From positions 11,276,454-11,340,453 of the forward strand of contig CM082596.2 of the NCBI GenBank assembly GCA_040954595.2: a stretch of 64,000 nt of DNA, in the 5' to 3' direction. A program made the translations under genes and the position numbers. The first letter of the stretch is position 1, and each line of letters starts with the position of its first letter. Shown here piece by piece: positions 50,401 through 64,000 of the stretch. A model generated the notes under the pieces. The model made no database searches. It had not been told where the DNA came from and was given only the letters and a program-made list of their open reading frames with translations. The stretch is from Balanoglossus misakiensis (Eukaryota > Animalia > Hemichordata).

Positions 50401-50470
50401 TGTCCTATTGCATTGAACTTTGGCAGCATGTTCCTTGTAGTGATTGAAGTAAGATATTGTACAATTTTGG
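47462..50470 (+). repeat. 1504-bp tandem duplication carrying two EGF exons
   Basis: ORFs recur at +1504 (47893/49397, 48216/49720); unit starts tttgttgaacatggaag. Confidence 0.96.
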
Positions 50471-52239
50471 TGATATTTGCATATTTGTGTTTTTGCCACA
50501 TTTGAACAAATATTTTCTGTGAAACTGCTTGTTGGATTGCTTTGAAATTAGTTTTTTCTCTGATTGCTTTGAAATTTAGGATATAATTTCATAACACATA
50601 CCTGTATATGTGCAACTTTTATTCAATTCTGAGATCAGAAAGATTAAATATTTAGCGAGTTTTTTTGGTAAGTTTCTTTGTTTTTGGTTAGCAAATCTTC
50701 TCCTAAACAAATTGTCCAGTTATTTCTAAAGTTACTATTTACAAGGAGTTGTTACCTCAAACAAAGACATGTTTACATAACTTAAATAGGCCAGCTGTTA
50801 CAGAGACCACCAGCTATCAAATTTTAATTACCAGTGGCAGGTCAGTGTGTGTCTGTTCCAGGACTGACTGAAAGAAGTTGCTTCGCATGTGTGTTTGTAC
50901 AGACAATTTTTGGTCAATTTTTTTTCTAGCACCACTTGTAAGACTGCCAGGACACATGACAGTTTATTGGGCATGTTCCTTGTTAATGTTTTTACATTCC
51001 ATATTTCTACATGGTCAGATCATATCTGCTTGCAAATGTCACCTGTAATTTTTATTCTGGTGTGTCACTGTTTCCGCATAATCCTCAAATGTCATCAGAT
51101 ATCCGAATGTGATGAAAACAGTGTGTTTTGAGTGTTTTTTAAATGACCTTTTGGGTTAAAAGTGGCAAAAATGGCAATTTTGTCTTGAAAGGGGTCAATA
51201 AGACTGACTTTTTTTGGAATTAGCACCATATTTTACATTGAATGGACTAGTCTAGGACTTTCCTTACCAAAAATTCTGTTTAATCTTCTGTAACATGTAT
51301 ACTAGTATACATGTAGCTGCCTGATAGTTTGCCCTGTGTGTGTAATTGCTGAGTGACATAACGCATTCTGTGATTGGTGCAGTCACGTAACCACCAATCA
51401 GATCGCTTGTTGTAAGGAGAACTGCACGACCTTTAACCGCATTAGCATACCTGATTTTTAGGGCTCGATATTACCTCTGAGGACGCAATATTTAAGTTGA
51501 AGTTTTTTTTCTTTTATCATATTAGAGCAAGAAGACTTGTTTTTTATGTAAAAGAAATAGACCCTAATATACAGAGTGCATTTTGAAACGATAGGCAGGT
51601 CCGGCCCATAGCCTAATTCTTCATTTTTCTGTCATGCGTAGGAATTGATCAGTGCTAACAACCCATGTCAAAATGGCAGCACTTGCCAACCCTAACCTCG
51701 TGTGTGGCATTGACGTGCACCTGCCAAGGATGCTATACTGGGAGCGCTGTGAAAATTGTCAGTCAGTTTCTTTTGTCAAATTAATCAATATGTGTGGGAC
51801 TGTTATACATGTATATAAAACAGAATACTGTGATGGAAAATTCTATAACTTAATGTTTCAGTGGATATATGACTTAAAGTTAGCAGGATGCAGTGAATTC
51901 AACAGAAAGTGTAATTTCCTCTTGTGTGAGCTCTGTGCGACTGTGCCAATGAAAATCTCACCACAAACAAAAATGACAGGTATACACTGTATATTAGCAG
52001 CTTTGTCTCTGTAATAGCCATAGTGTTTTGAAGTTGAAAACTTGCAAAGTGTGCAGTTTTATTCACACTACAAAGGAAACATTGTTGAAACGGATTATCT
52101 GTGTACATTGTCAAACTGTACACTTGTCGTGAGATTTATTCTCAATTATATTATATCATGCTACCGTCCGCAATTCTGATTGGACGAGAGCTAAATCCAG
52201 CGATGCTAAAATACTCAATAATGCACTGCTGGCAGTGGT

Positions 52240-53443
52240 AAAACGGGCTTTCTGTTTGCCACATGGGTTTGTTCTTTAGGTTGTTGTATGTGTTTACACT
52301 CAGCATGTTTATTGTAGAACCAGGGTCGATCAGTGAGGCAACTGCTGTTTGTTCTATTTGCACTGTTACTCGAGGCCTCCTGCCATTTGATTGTTGTGCA
52401 GTGAAGCAGTATTCATCTCCCGAGCTGTCTTCCACTTTATGCACAGCTTTGACAGTTTCATCCTTGTCTACCCTATTTGCCTTGCCTTTTGATCGGCAGC
52501 ATTTGGCAAAATGGTTATGTTTGCCACACTTCCTGCATGACTTGCCTTTAGCTGGACATACTGAGTCATGTGGATAGGTGCCACCACAATAATAACAAGT
52601 GGACGGTCCTTTCGCTGGCTGCTGATGAGCTCTCTTTTGTTTATTTGGTTTCGGGCGTTGGTGGCGCTGTTTTCTGACCGCATTCACTGATGCCGTATCT
52701 GCACCATTATTTTGGGTTTTCTCCTCAATCCCACTAGCCTGAACCTCTGATACCTCAAATGAATGGCTGTACTCAGTATATTCTCTAGTGTCGTCTCCTC
52801 CCGAAGAGCACGACGTCTGAGACGGGCTGATGTGAATCCTCGTATGATTTGTGATTTGACCTCTTGATCCTTTTTGGTGAAGTCACATATGTTTCTGCTA
52901 GGCGTTGCAAACAAGTGTGATAGGCATCAATCGATTCGCCGTTGTTTTGTATGGTGTCTCTGAAGATGAATCGTTCGTATTCAATGTTCCGTTTGGGTGA
53001 GAAGTACGACGTAAGCTTTAATTTGGCTGTTTCACAGCTCGTTCCTGTATCTGGTAGAGTATCAAAGAAGTCGGAAACTTCCTCACCTGCCCAGTGCAAT
53101 AGCAGTGCACGTTGTGGCTTGTCATCTGTAATGTTGAATGCGACAAATGCGTTTTCTACTCTAGCCATGTACTTTTTCCATCTCGTACTGGTGGTTGTCG
53201 GGTCTGAATGAACAGGAAAACTCGGCATTGATGGCTAGCTGATTCTCCATGTTCTCCGTCCTCGTCGCCAAATATAGAATCGTGGGTGGGCAATAATGAC
53301 AACACGAGACACCAAGTCCGGCATGTAAGAGTGAGAGTGCCTAGCCACGTTCACGCACTTTATTCATAATGACCCGAATGTTGCATTACGTCATTTTACA
53401 GAATGTATAAAGTATAGATGCTCACTAGTGTTTGGACACTACA
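52240..53443 (-). mobile_element. gag: Truncated Gypsy (Mag-like) element: ~170-bp LTR 53273-53443, tRNA-Ser PBS, frameshifted gag, start of protease
   Basis: PBS TGGCGACGAGGA at 53259-53270; RWKKY...QRALLLHWAGEE; CYYCGG...CPAKGKSCRKCGKHNHFAKCC; LIDPGS. Confidence 0.85.
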
Positions 53444-55254
53444 ATATACATGTGACTGCAGTGTCTTTCCAATCATGAATTTGCAAGGTGTCCTTCGGAG
53501 AAAATCTTCTGATTCTCTTTTCTGATTTGCTTTGCATATTTAACTTAATGATCTAATGTGTTGGAATTCCCTGTCTCAAATTTTTGATGATCAGTCTCTG
53601 CCCCATTGCTCATCGTCCCAACTTTCTTGTGTATTGAAAACCAGGAATCAACCAATGTGATCCCGATCTGTGCTTGAAGAGTGGTTTCTGCCAGATGACA
53701 TCTGGATCATGTGAACTGTACACATGTTTCTGTCAGAATTGTTACACTGGTGACCTTTGTGAACAACGTAAGTTTTGATTTATTGTCTTGGGTTAATAAT
53801 TTATACAGTTCAAAGTATCACCATTTCTTTCAATATGTAGATTTTTTTGTTTTTCTCTACAAGTGTAATCAAGATCTGCATGAAAATTTGTGTCGCTGTC
53901 ACCGAACCTAGCTAGTCCATACAACCAACAGTATGAATCACCACCTCATACTGGGCGTAGCCATAGGCCCTAACCCTAATAGTTACGTACTTATGAGCAT
54001 TTATGTTATATATAGTTCAAAGGTCACCAAGGTCATCTGACATTGCGGCGAAATGATTTGGTCCAATAGTTGTACCTGTCCACCAAAAATCAGCTCCCTA
54101 GGTGTATTAGTTAGCGTAGAAATAGATATGTGTTTTTCAAGGTGGGTCAAAGGTCAAGGGGTCACCCGAAATTTGGCTTCTCATTTCGGCCCCTTGGTCA
54201 GTCCCTGTTCACTCCATAAATGGAGACGTGTTCTGCGCAACCGCAGTACGTGTAACCTCGTGAACTCAGATGTGCACATGCGTACAGCAGACCCTGTTCA
54301 CTCCATAAATGGAGACGTGTTCTGCGCAACCACAGCTGGACCTGTGAAAGATCAAATCCGATCGACATATTTAGTTTCCGTATATTATATTGACCAATGC
54401 AGACTAAATCTAATAGAATTACTACATGTAGTATATCGTGTATAATACACACGTTTGGCAATATTGCAGTTTGAGTGTTAGATGCAGACGTGTATACCCG
54501 ATCTAAATTTCCGACCTACACATGTACATGTATCACTGTTCACATGTACATACACCGTAACTGCGTTCTGAAAATGACATGGTATTTTCAAAATGTTACC
54601 CCAGATTACCCCATCATGAAACTCACACCCATTGTCCAGCAGTAGTTAGTTGACTATCCTATTCACTCAAAACAAAAAGAACGGGTGTGAAAAAGTCACT
54701 AAAACAGCATTGATACAGAGGTGTATAACACTGTCCATGATTTCAAGAGAAAAACATGAACGCAGCCCAGGCAGATCGGTCACTGTATGTGGCGATATCT
54801 TTCTAAGTATTTCACTCAACTTGTACAGACGATGCCATGCTGTCTTCTGGAATGTGCTGGTAACGTCACACATCGAAACATATTGATGATGCCCTTCCCT
54901 GCAAAAGATCATGATATTGCCCTCGCTAACATGTGTTATTATTTAAATACGATGTTGTCATAGCTTTACTATGCAGGTATAGTAAAGCATATGCCTTGGT
55001 CCAGACCCCCCCCCCCCCCATGGTCAATGAAAAAATATGAAATATAATGATCAAAAATCTTCTTCTCAAAATCGGCATACCCTAATTTGAAAAATTCGCC
55101 CTTATATGGTCATCAGGTCACTTGACTAATTTAACATTCACGGACGTACTGCACCAGATCTCATTGGCCTGCATCATTGTGCCAAATTTGAGAATTGTAG
55201 GTTTAGCCGTTTTCAAGATCATAGTGGCCGATGAAAGTGCCCAAGAAGAAGAAA

Positions 55255-55360
55255 AATGCCAGCAATACCAAAAGGGGCCCCGCTCATAGGGGCTTGGGCC
55301 CCCCAAAACGCCAGTAATACCAATAGGGGCCCCGCCCATAGGGGCTTGGGCCCCTAATAA
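55255..55360 (+). repeat. Paired GC hairpins typical of non-autonomous Helentron-type ends
   Basis: aataccaa.aggggccc.gc.cataggggcttgggcccc twice, ending cctaataa. Confidence 0.45.
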
Positions 55361-55842
55361 GTCAGTTGTAAAGTTATTACTGAGCTTGAATTTCACTAGC
55401 GCCTAAAAGTAAACAAAAACTGATGGTCAAAGTATCACAAGCTTTATTTTGGTTTGATGTAGGATGTAATATGCTTATAGCACACTGCCAAATTAATGTC
55501 AACCAATAAGACCGGTAGGATATGATCGAAAACCACACGTATTAATGTGTAAAAGGCCGAACTTCCCAATAAATTTGGGTAGCCGACTACAGAAAGAGTC
55601 GAACCAATGCATGAACTGAAGTATCAAGACACATGGACTATTATTTATTGTTTCAGCAATTTGACTTAAATTTATAATTTCCTATGGCAGTTTTTGCCGA
55701 CAAGAATCAATGCCCGACCAAACAAAATGGACATTTTCACGTGATCGTTACTGAGGTCACAAGTTAGCCAAGCCCTCATACACGCGCTATTCGGAAGTAT
55801 CGGTGATCTGTTTATGTGTTTAGCTAAGGTGGTAAACTGTTC

Positions 55843-58490
55843 ATCAATCAATCAATCAGTCAATCAAAAGGACTTATAGAGCACCAAACTCCACTGCAAT
55901 AGTGTTCAATAGCGCTTTACAATGTAAAGTTACTGTTAATAGGCTCTGTTAAACAGATAAGTCTTGATGTGTTTCTTGAAACTGTCAAGGCTAGGTGACT
56001 GGTATACTTCTATTGGGACATTGTTCCAAATGAGTGGGGCGATATACGAAAAAGCATGATCGCCGTACGTTTTCTTCTTACTCCATGGTACATGAAGTAG
56101 AAATTTGTCATTTGATCGAAGAAGTCTTGTTGAAGTTTTCAGATGGATTAAGTCAGTGATGTAAGCTGGTGCTGTGTTGTTTAATGCCTTATATGTCATA
56201 AGCAAGATCTTGTATTGGATTCTATAGTGTACAGGCAGCCAATGTAAATCCATGAGAACAAGAGTAATATGATCCGTTTTACGGGTACGAGAAACGATCC
56301 TGGCTGCAGAATTCAGGGCATGCTGTAGCGGTTGAATGCATGATGATGGTAAACCACAGAGTAGTGCATTACAGTAGTCCAGTTTTGATGTGATTAGAGC
56401 ATGAACCAGCATCTGGCAAACTTCCTTAGTGAGGTAACGGCGAATGTGGCTGATTTGACGCAGATGGAAGAAAATTGACTTGCAAATTGCATTAATGTGC
56501 TTATTGAAAGTGTAATTGTCGTCGAATGTCACACCTATATTCCGTGCAGAATTCACAATTTGAACACAACATGATCCAATGCTAATGTGGTTTATGGGAC
56601 GAGGCGAGCGGTTGAACTGAGACCTTATCAGGAGTACCTCGGGTTTGCCACCATTGAGTTGAAGTTTATTATGTGTCATCCAGGTTTTTATTTCGTGAAC
56701 TGCCCTTTCCATCTTGTCTAATGTACTATCCAGTGCCATACAAATATCGTTGTTGACTTTAGTAAGTGCTGTTTCGGTACTGTGATCCTTTCGGTACGCT
56801 GACTGCAGTGGTTCTTGTAGTGAGTTGGTAGTCAAATATGATGTCAGTTGTTGTGCTACAATCTTCCCGATTACTTTTGACAGGAAGGTTAGGTTTGAAA
56901 CAGGTCTATAGTTCTTGAAAATGTTTTTGTCGAGCGAAGGTTTCTTGAGTACATTGGTGTGATGACTGCTATTTTAAGTTATTCAGGAACAGTTCCAGTT
57001 TTGAGTGACAAATTGATAATTGTGGCTATGATAGTGAGCAGATTACCAAGACATTGCTTAACAAGTGCTGTAGGGATGAGATCAAGTACACGTGTTTTAG
57101 ATGGAGAGCCAGAGATAACTTTGCTGATTTCTTCGTCTTTAGCTGTGTGGAATTCAGGAAGTGTTGATGAGACTGCTGGGTGCAGAAATTGGTAATCTTT
57201 TGAAGTAGGGTTTACCATGTCAAGGCTGGAACGGATAGACGTGATTTTAGTGATGAAATATTTACTGAATGAATCTGCTAAGTCTATTTTCGCAGTATGG
57301 TCAGGTAGAGTCTTTTCTTGTTGCTTGCCAGCCATGGTTGATATGATTTGAAATAGTGACTTCTGGTTACCATACTTTTCCTCAATTAGATGTGAGAAGT
57401 ATGACTTTTTGGCAGCTCTGATTAAGTGATTGACATTTCTGCACTCATGTTGATATATCTCACGATGAATCTCCAGCTTAGTTTTTCGCCACAGATGTTC
57501 AGCCTTCCGTCTATTCTTTTTTGCAATGTCGATTTCATGAGTATACCATTTGGTACCTGGACGTATGATCACTGTACGCTTTTGAAGTGGTGCGTGGGCT
57601 TGAAGAACTTCACTGACGTGTTGGTTATAAGCTGATATGGCTGAGGAGAGGTCATTTGGAGGCTAGGACATTTGATGTATTTTGTCGAGATCATGGCTGA
57701 AACTATCAATTGAAATGGCAGATACGACGATAAGATATTTGACGTCTACTGTGTGTTGGTTTCGGAAGAGCAAGTTTTGCATTGACAGGATTGTGATCAG
57801 AGAGTTCCAAGCAGTCTACAGAGACACTCTTGATGTTAGACGCAGAGTTAGATAAGATGAGATCAAGAGTATGACCCTTTCTGTGTGTTGGTTGTTGGAC
57901 CCATTGTTTCAGATTACAGGCGCTGATGATTCCATTGAATTTCTGTGTTACTGGATTCTTATCATCTTCTAGGTGAATATTGAAATCTCCTACGATGAAG
58001 AGATTACTTGAGCAGGTGACATACTTCTCAAGTGTTGTACTGAACTCTTCCATGAACTGTGGTGCGGTGAATTTATTCTTAACTGATGGTGGTGGACGGT
58101 AGACAAGAATTATTTTCATGGAAAGTTTCTGGTGAAGAATAGTTGCTTCCGCTGTCTCAAAAGATTTAACAGAGAGAATAGGCTTCCAAGCTGTTAATTT
58201 TAGTGCTAGCTTATGAATTTAAGCTAAGTCTTCACCGATCTTGCCAACCTCAGGTAGATGTTTGACAGCATAGCCTGGTGGTGTACATTCAGCCATTACG
58301 TGTTCGTCACCAGATTCCTTCAACCATGTTTCAGTGAGTACAAGAATATCAATGTCTTTATCTGTGATGTAGTCTGCAATGTCTAATGATTTGCATCTAG
58401 CTGAGCGGACATTCCATGTAGAGAGTAGAAGTTCACACGTATTGTGGATAGGGTGGATCTTGAATACTGCATAGTTACTCTTCAATAGAT
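55843..58490 (-). mobile_element. Decayed L2/CR1 LINE with (TTGA)n tail and internal deletion of the RT core
   Basis: WNVRS/LTETWL, VYRPP/GDFN/SDH, QSAYRKDHSTETAL joined almost directly to KMERAV (QG/YADD region missing), LHWLPV; frameshifts. Confidence 0.9.
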
Positions 58491-58942
58491 ATTTAGTGAC
58501 TCGCTAACTGTTGCGATTCGTGTGTGTGTAATTTACGTACTTCAAGTTAAATATCGCAACTAGCCGTAATGTTTGACTAGGGGGAGCACCTTTACTAATG
58601 CGAGAACCAGGGATTGAAAGTTGCACCTGTATTTTGATCCCTTAGTTACCCTTATAAGTACATTTGTAGTCTAATAACCATAGCTCTATTGCAAACCATT
58701 CTTTCCGTAGTTTCTTGTTTCAAATATTGTAATCTGAATTTATTTTGATGTTTAACAGGTGTGATTATCTGTATTTGCGACCATTTTGAAAAAAATTGGT
58801 TGCCATGGAAACTCTTCAACAGATATTTAGTGACCGGACGCGCAGTGTTTCCGGTTTATGTTCTGCACGTATATCCTTGATGAAGTTTGCTGGCTAGAGG
58901 GCTCCTAAACCTCCCTAATATTTGACGTCTTCACTCCTACAG

Positions 58943-59178
58943 GACTGCGCAGCTGGAAGTTAAAGTTCAGCATGTTCTGAAGCATGCACGCTGTGTCCAG
59001 GGGTTTCATGTGTGGAACAGCCAGCCTCTCATCACCAACATAATGCGGACTGGGATATTTTGCCAACAATGGAAGTATAGACTGTACGCCTTGTCCTGCC
59101 CCGGGTATAAGTGCCAATATGATGGTATGTCGGAGCCAGAGGTGTGTGAAGATGGATACTACACTAATATAGATGATG
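58943..59178 (+). pseudogene. Cys-rich exon absent from copy A: DCAAGS*SSACSEACTLCP...CGLGYFANNGSIDCTPCPA...GYKC
   Basis: ctcctacAG acceptor, GCC2/GCC3-like motifs, two TAA stops, frameshifts; 3' end uncertain. Confidence 0.7.
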
Positions 59179-59200
59179 AGTCAGCACTTAAAGTTTGGGC

Positions 59201-62200
59201 ATTACTGAGTAATCTTTCACTTAAGGCGGACGATCATCTTATGTGCATGTACGTAATTCTGTGCGTACAAACATTACGTCCAGTCCAAATATTCTGCCAA
59301 TTTTACATCCAATGCATTCAAATAGTGGACTGCTTCGCTTTCATCCAGTTTTCATGTGCATCGTATAAGTAGACTATTGTTTTGTCCCGTCTTTTCACCA
59401 AATTTGCTCTTTTCCAAATCTCCGACACAGACTATGATCGTCAAGATCTTGTCTGTTGTTAGAACAGCACACTGCCGTATGGCATTGACTGTATACAGTT
59501 TCTGTTACCAATATCTCTGGTTTGGCATTTTCCTGTCCTCGAAATCAATCCAGAGATTTTTGTCTCCCCAACCCGCGTGAGAATCCCACGTCTTTGAAGG
59601 TATGACTGTGACTATAAGATTCTATAAATCTCTGTTTATTTTCAGCACAAATATCATGTGCTGATTGCCCAGCTGGTAACCAATGTCCAAATGGTAACAC
59701 TGTGATTTTATGCTCGGCTGGTTATTACAGTTCGGCTTTGGACAAAGGATGTCTCGCTGTACCTCTTGCATAACAGGTAAACTTCTACCCACCCACCTTT
59801 ATTTCCAACATCAAACATTAGGTCAGGTAATTTACTAACTGAAAAATAGGATGGGAACATTTTCTATTTCTGTATTTAAAATTTACTGATATAATATATG
59901 AATAAAAAAATGACAATTTTTCCAAATTTGAATAGACCTCTATTTATGAAAATAATTAAAATTTGCACCAAATTTTTACAGTGGTATTCAAAGGTTAACT
60001 TGGTGTGTAAATTCTCTGTTTGATTTACAGATCAAATGGTGCTGAACATTGTACTATTTGTGAGCAAGGGTACGCCTGCACAGATCAGTGTACATCGCAA
60101 TTCAAGTGTACCAAGGGTTACGTGTCATTGGCTGGTGCAACAAACTGTACCATATGTACAAATGGTAAGATTGTGGTACTTGTTCAGTTTGCTGTGTGAT
60201 GAAACTGAGGGGTATGTGTGTATGCATGTATGTGTTTACAACAGATTTTTAAGTCAGTGCGACTGGGGGTATGTGTGTGTGTGTGTATGTATGTATGTGT
60301 TTACAACAGATTATCAACTCAGTGCGAGATCTTGCGAGACCCGGTTAGCCATGTGAGATCTCGCAGAGTCTTATGATATTCAGAAAATGGTTGATTAGAA
60401 ATGACGTTTAATGTCCTCCAAAGAATTTTCTACATGCCTGTATACTTGTCTCAGAATTATGAAGTGAATCATCTCAAGTAATTTGTTATTTTAAATGACA
60501 CTGTATCACAAATACTTCACTAAAAACCTCATTTTCTTTGATCAGATGAAATAAGTGAGGAGCCTGCACGCACATCCCATCTTCTGTGCCCTGCTGGACA
60601 ATCGTGTTCAGATCCAATGTAAGATCCGCTTGACTGTGGCAATGGTGAATATGCTATGGAAGGCGACGGCACATGCACGCCTTGTCCAGCAGGATCCAAG
60701 TGTCCAACCATGTCACCCGTAGTGGATTGTTCAACAGTTACTGGTAAGTTGGGCTGCAAATCACTCTTGTGACTTCCCTGTGTTATAGCATGACATACAC
60801 AGAAAATTAAACTGTTATGCTCATTGGAGTTGATATTGTGATGCACTTTGAAAAACACAATGATTCCACTGAAGAGGTATTGTACAGTAACACCTGTGAT
60901 TACGGACATCTCTCTAATAAGGGATCGTTGGACCAAACCAATCGTTCTTTGAATTTTTTCTGTGATAGGTTCATACTCGCTAGGTTCGGCCACGTCCTTC
61001 TGGTTATGAATGCACAACTACAAGTGTCACACAGTGCGCTACAGGGCAGTAAAGTGTTGAAGGAGGTAAGTCTTGAAATCTCTTTTCTTCTGGTCTCGAT
61101 TTGAACATGGTTCCACAAGTTGTTTACATCACTTGTAGTTTTACATATTTTTTGAGTTCAACAGCTATGCTATACATGGTGTCCTGAGAAGTCGACCAGT
61201 ATGAGAAGTCGGTATCGGCCAGTACGAGAAGTCGGCCTGTGGGAGAGAACCCTGGTACTTTGTGTTATATATAACTGTTTCACTACGAAATGTTTCCTTG
61301 ATGTACAGGAGCTGAGATATTTGTACAAATAGCCGATGAATTTTAAAACTGTCTGTTCACTTTGCATGTACGTCACCGGGGTACGTCAACATCAGTCACC
61401 TGCACTTCTTGCGCTGCGCCAGTAGTCAGTTCCTCGTCACGTTTGTTTGTTTGGTGTTGTCTCAAAGTATGCATATACACATACATCTTCTATGTATTTT
61501 AGTAGGCTTTGAAACAACTCCCTGTAAAGGGACAAAGTCTCTCTCTCGCTGCCCTTTTTCCATTAATAATATTTGATACAAGACACCATTTATTTATTCT
61601 AAATGTGGATATATAGTGAATCAACGTTCAACCACACACAACTTCAATCCAACTTGTAGACACGAGAGTGAAAAACTTGCCAAAATGAATAATCGTTGTT
61701 TACCATTTATTCATTTTGGCGGGATTTTTACACTCATATCCTACAAACGGGATGGAATTTGTCTGTAGTTGAATGTGGATTCTCAATATATCCACATGTA
61801 GAATAATGTGAACGGTGTCTTGTATCAAACATAATTAATGGAAAAAGGTTTGCGCGAGAGAGACTTTGTCCCTTTAATCAGAAATGTCACAGGAATTTGG
61901 CGAACAACCTAAGCTCCTTACGCGGATACGGGGCTGGGGAACCGGTACGGATGCCAGACGCCATTATTTGAAATGACGCCATTGTGTTGTCAAGAATTTG
62001 GGAAATCCGTCCAAATGAAAATATTTAGTGCAATTATATTTTATTAAGTGTTGTTATAAGTAATCTGGGTCATCACTGCACTATTCGGGTACAAGTTCAA
62101 CAACTGGCCGACTTCTCGTACTGGCCGACTTCTCATACGCGCGTACTGGCCGACTTCTAATCTGGCCGACTTCTCATGTATTCCTATACATTAGTGAAAA

Positions 62201-64000
62201 TTGGGGAAACTGGTGTTTTTCAGACAACTTATGAAGTCCCTTTCGCAGTATTAACTCTAAAACAGCGGGTGATATTCCTTTTAAAATTTAACCAAATAAG
62301 CATACTTGAACTCTGTCATATCGGCAAAACACTCACTACACAAGCTGCTGTTATTCTACAGACATGACATGTGCTGATTGCGGCGTAGGTAACTACTGTC
62401 CAGATGGGTCAGACAGCCCCATTCCTTGTCCATCAAGTTATTATGCTGACACAGCCACAGATGTATCCTGTACCCCTTGCGATCCAGGCTGTCAGTGTGC
62501 AGCAACATCACCCACTTGCCTGCACATCAAGAACCTACTCTCTGGGACCATCAACAACATGTACTCCCCTTCTACCAGGTTTGTAGTCGTCTTAGTCGTA
62601 AAAACATATTTAAGGTGTTGCGCACCTCGAAATAAAGGGTCGTCTGATCATGTTTAAATTAATACTGATGATACTATGACTTCTAAACATTTAATCTATG
62701 GAATAAAAATTGGGGGTCAACCATCTAGAGTTTTGAAAAAGCGCCCTTTATCTAGCACCTCTTTCAGATTTTGCCAGGCTCGTAGATTTTTGTAAAATGG
62801 CCTCAAAAATAAGAATTTTGGGAGGTTTGTCATATTTTTTCACCATTGTAGAATCTAAATGTTCTGAATTATTTTATTTTTAGCAATTTTGAGATTGATT
62901 CATATTCAGTATGATAATCGCATGTCAATACAACTGTTACATTAAAGGAAAAGTTCAAATCCGCCTAAAACCACATTGCATTGGTACCTAGTTAAGTTGT
63001 CCTCACTTCTGACGCAACATTTTGATGTGCAATGCACGTGTCTGTGAAATTGACGAATAAAAAAATTGTATACCAGTGCAAAATTAAAAACTCCCTGTGC
63101 AGCCATCTTGGCAACTGCATGCTGGGAAAAGTACTCGGATGATGACGAAAAAGTTTCGGGGTTCCGTGTAGTGCTACCCCGGAATACACTGTTGGGTGCA
63201 GACTACAACTATGGAAAAGAGATGCAGAATGTCATGTGATATAGTAGTGAAAACAAATACACGTTGGTTCACGTATTTCAGCTCTCAGCAATCAGGGTGC
63301 ATTGAAAGGCCTTGATTGGTGTGATATTCACAATTGATTATTATAAATACTTACAGTTGTATACTGTTTTATTTTGTAAATATTGTGTACATTTGCAGCA
63401 ATGAATCCGTGCGAACACAAACCTTAACCCATGCCGGAATGCTGGTACTTGCCAAGCAATCCAGGGATCTTGTACAGGCGTCACATGTCAATGTGCTGGC
63501 TGCTACCTGGGCTTCACATGTGAAACACGTGAGTACAGTACTTTGTCATTTATTAAAAAATCTAAGTGCTGAGGTACATTGTAGTAATAATAGCAGGTGT
63601 AGTCATTATCATCATCATCATCATCATCATCTTAAAGTCAGTCATATGATCGGTAATAAAAACAGTAAAAAACATAACAGAGAAATAATGAACGTGTACT
63701 GGTGTTACCATAGGTAAGTGTTGTATAAAATTTTGAATTCCTGTCTTCCAGTTCCTAATCCATGCTTCACTAGTCCTTGTCTCAATGGAGGTACCTGCCA
63801 ACAACAGGCAAATTCTTGTACTGCCACCATTGGCATGTGCACAGAGTGTTACTAGGGAACCAGGTGTGAGACAAGTAAGTTTGAATCTATAGCAGTTAAT
63901 AATGATAATTATCATTTTTTTATTATGATTTAAACTTCACTGATGTTGTACAAACACAAAAATAGAAATAATAATAATAATAATAATAATAATAATTTAT
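59201..64000 (+). pseudogene. Segmental duplication copy B: exons 59646-59776, 60031-60164, 60546-60743, 62362-62578, 63399-63528, 63752-63874
   Basis: Colinear with 38975-43773; shares its stops; runs off the window end. Confidence 0.9.

Larger units (their letters stand above)
43171..53767 (+). pseudogene. Twelve phase-1 8-Cys EGF-like exons: 43171-43300, 43531-43653, 44449-44560, 45727-45849, 46689-46810, 47106-47228, 47613-47730, 48175-48297, 49117-49234, 49679-49801, 51642-51757, 53645-53767
   Basis: AG/GT bounded ~123-bp exons, e.g. QDPCQRNSCLNGAVCNAVANSCTAYTCACTGCYEGNRCEI; several carry stops or frameshifts. Confidence 0.88.

Noticed and set aside
11597-53767. Assigning a gene symbol (fibrillin, Notch, SCUBE, SVEP1) to the EGF exons
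   Set aside because: Only generic repeat modules are visible; no diagnostic domain, start or end of the gene was found.

Overview
Eukaryotic, intron-rich, transposon-saturated DNA. A marine invertebrate deuterostome is likely, but that is inferred from repeat and exon style only. The + strand carries a decaying host scaffold: four phase-1 calcium-binding EGF exons (11.6-35.4 kb), then Cys-rich (GCC2/GCC3, ephrin-receptor-like) exons and a run of unusual 8-Cys EGF exons (39-54 kb, repeated from 59 kb); many have stops or frameshifts. Mobile elements: (1) a Gypsy LTR element with PNMA-type gag and tRNA-Pro PBS, its pol split by a TA-flanked DNA transposon; (2) a degenerate Academ-type DDE transposase with an OTU-like cysteine protease domain inside its catalytic core, interrupted by a CACAGT-ended, 5-bp-TSD Transib-like MITE; (3) a nested stack of non-autonomous DNA transposons; (4) an intact single-ORF L2/CR1 LINE with its empty sites visible in sister copies; (5) several decayed LINE/Gypsy fragments. 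Three duplications (3749-bp x ~2.8, 1504-bp x 2, and a >=4.8-kb block repeated about 20.2 kb later) multiply the exons. All family assignments come from motif recognition, not database searches, and exon boundaries were read by eye.
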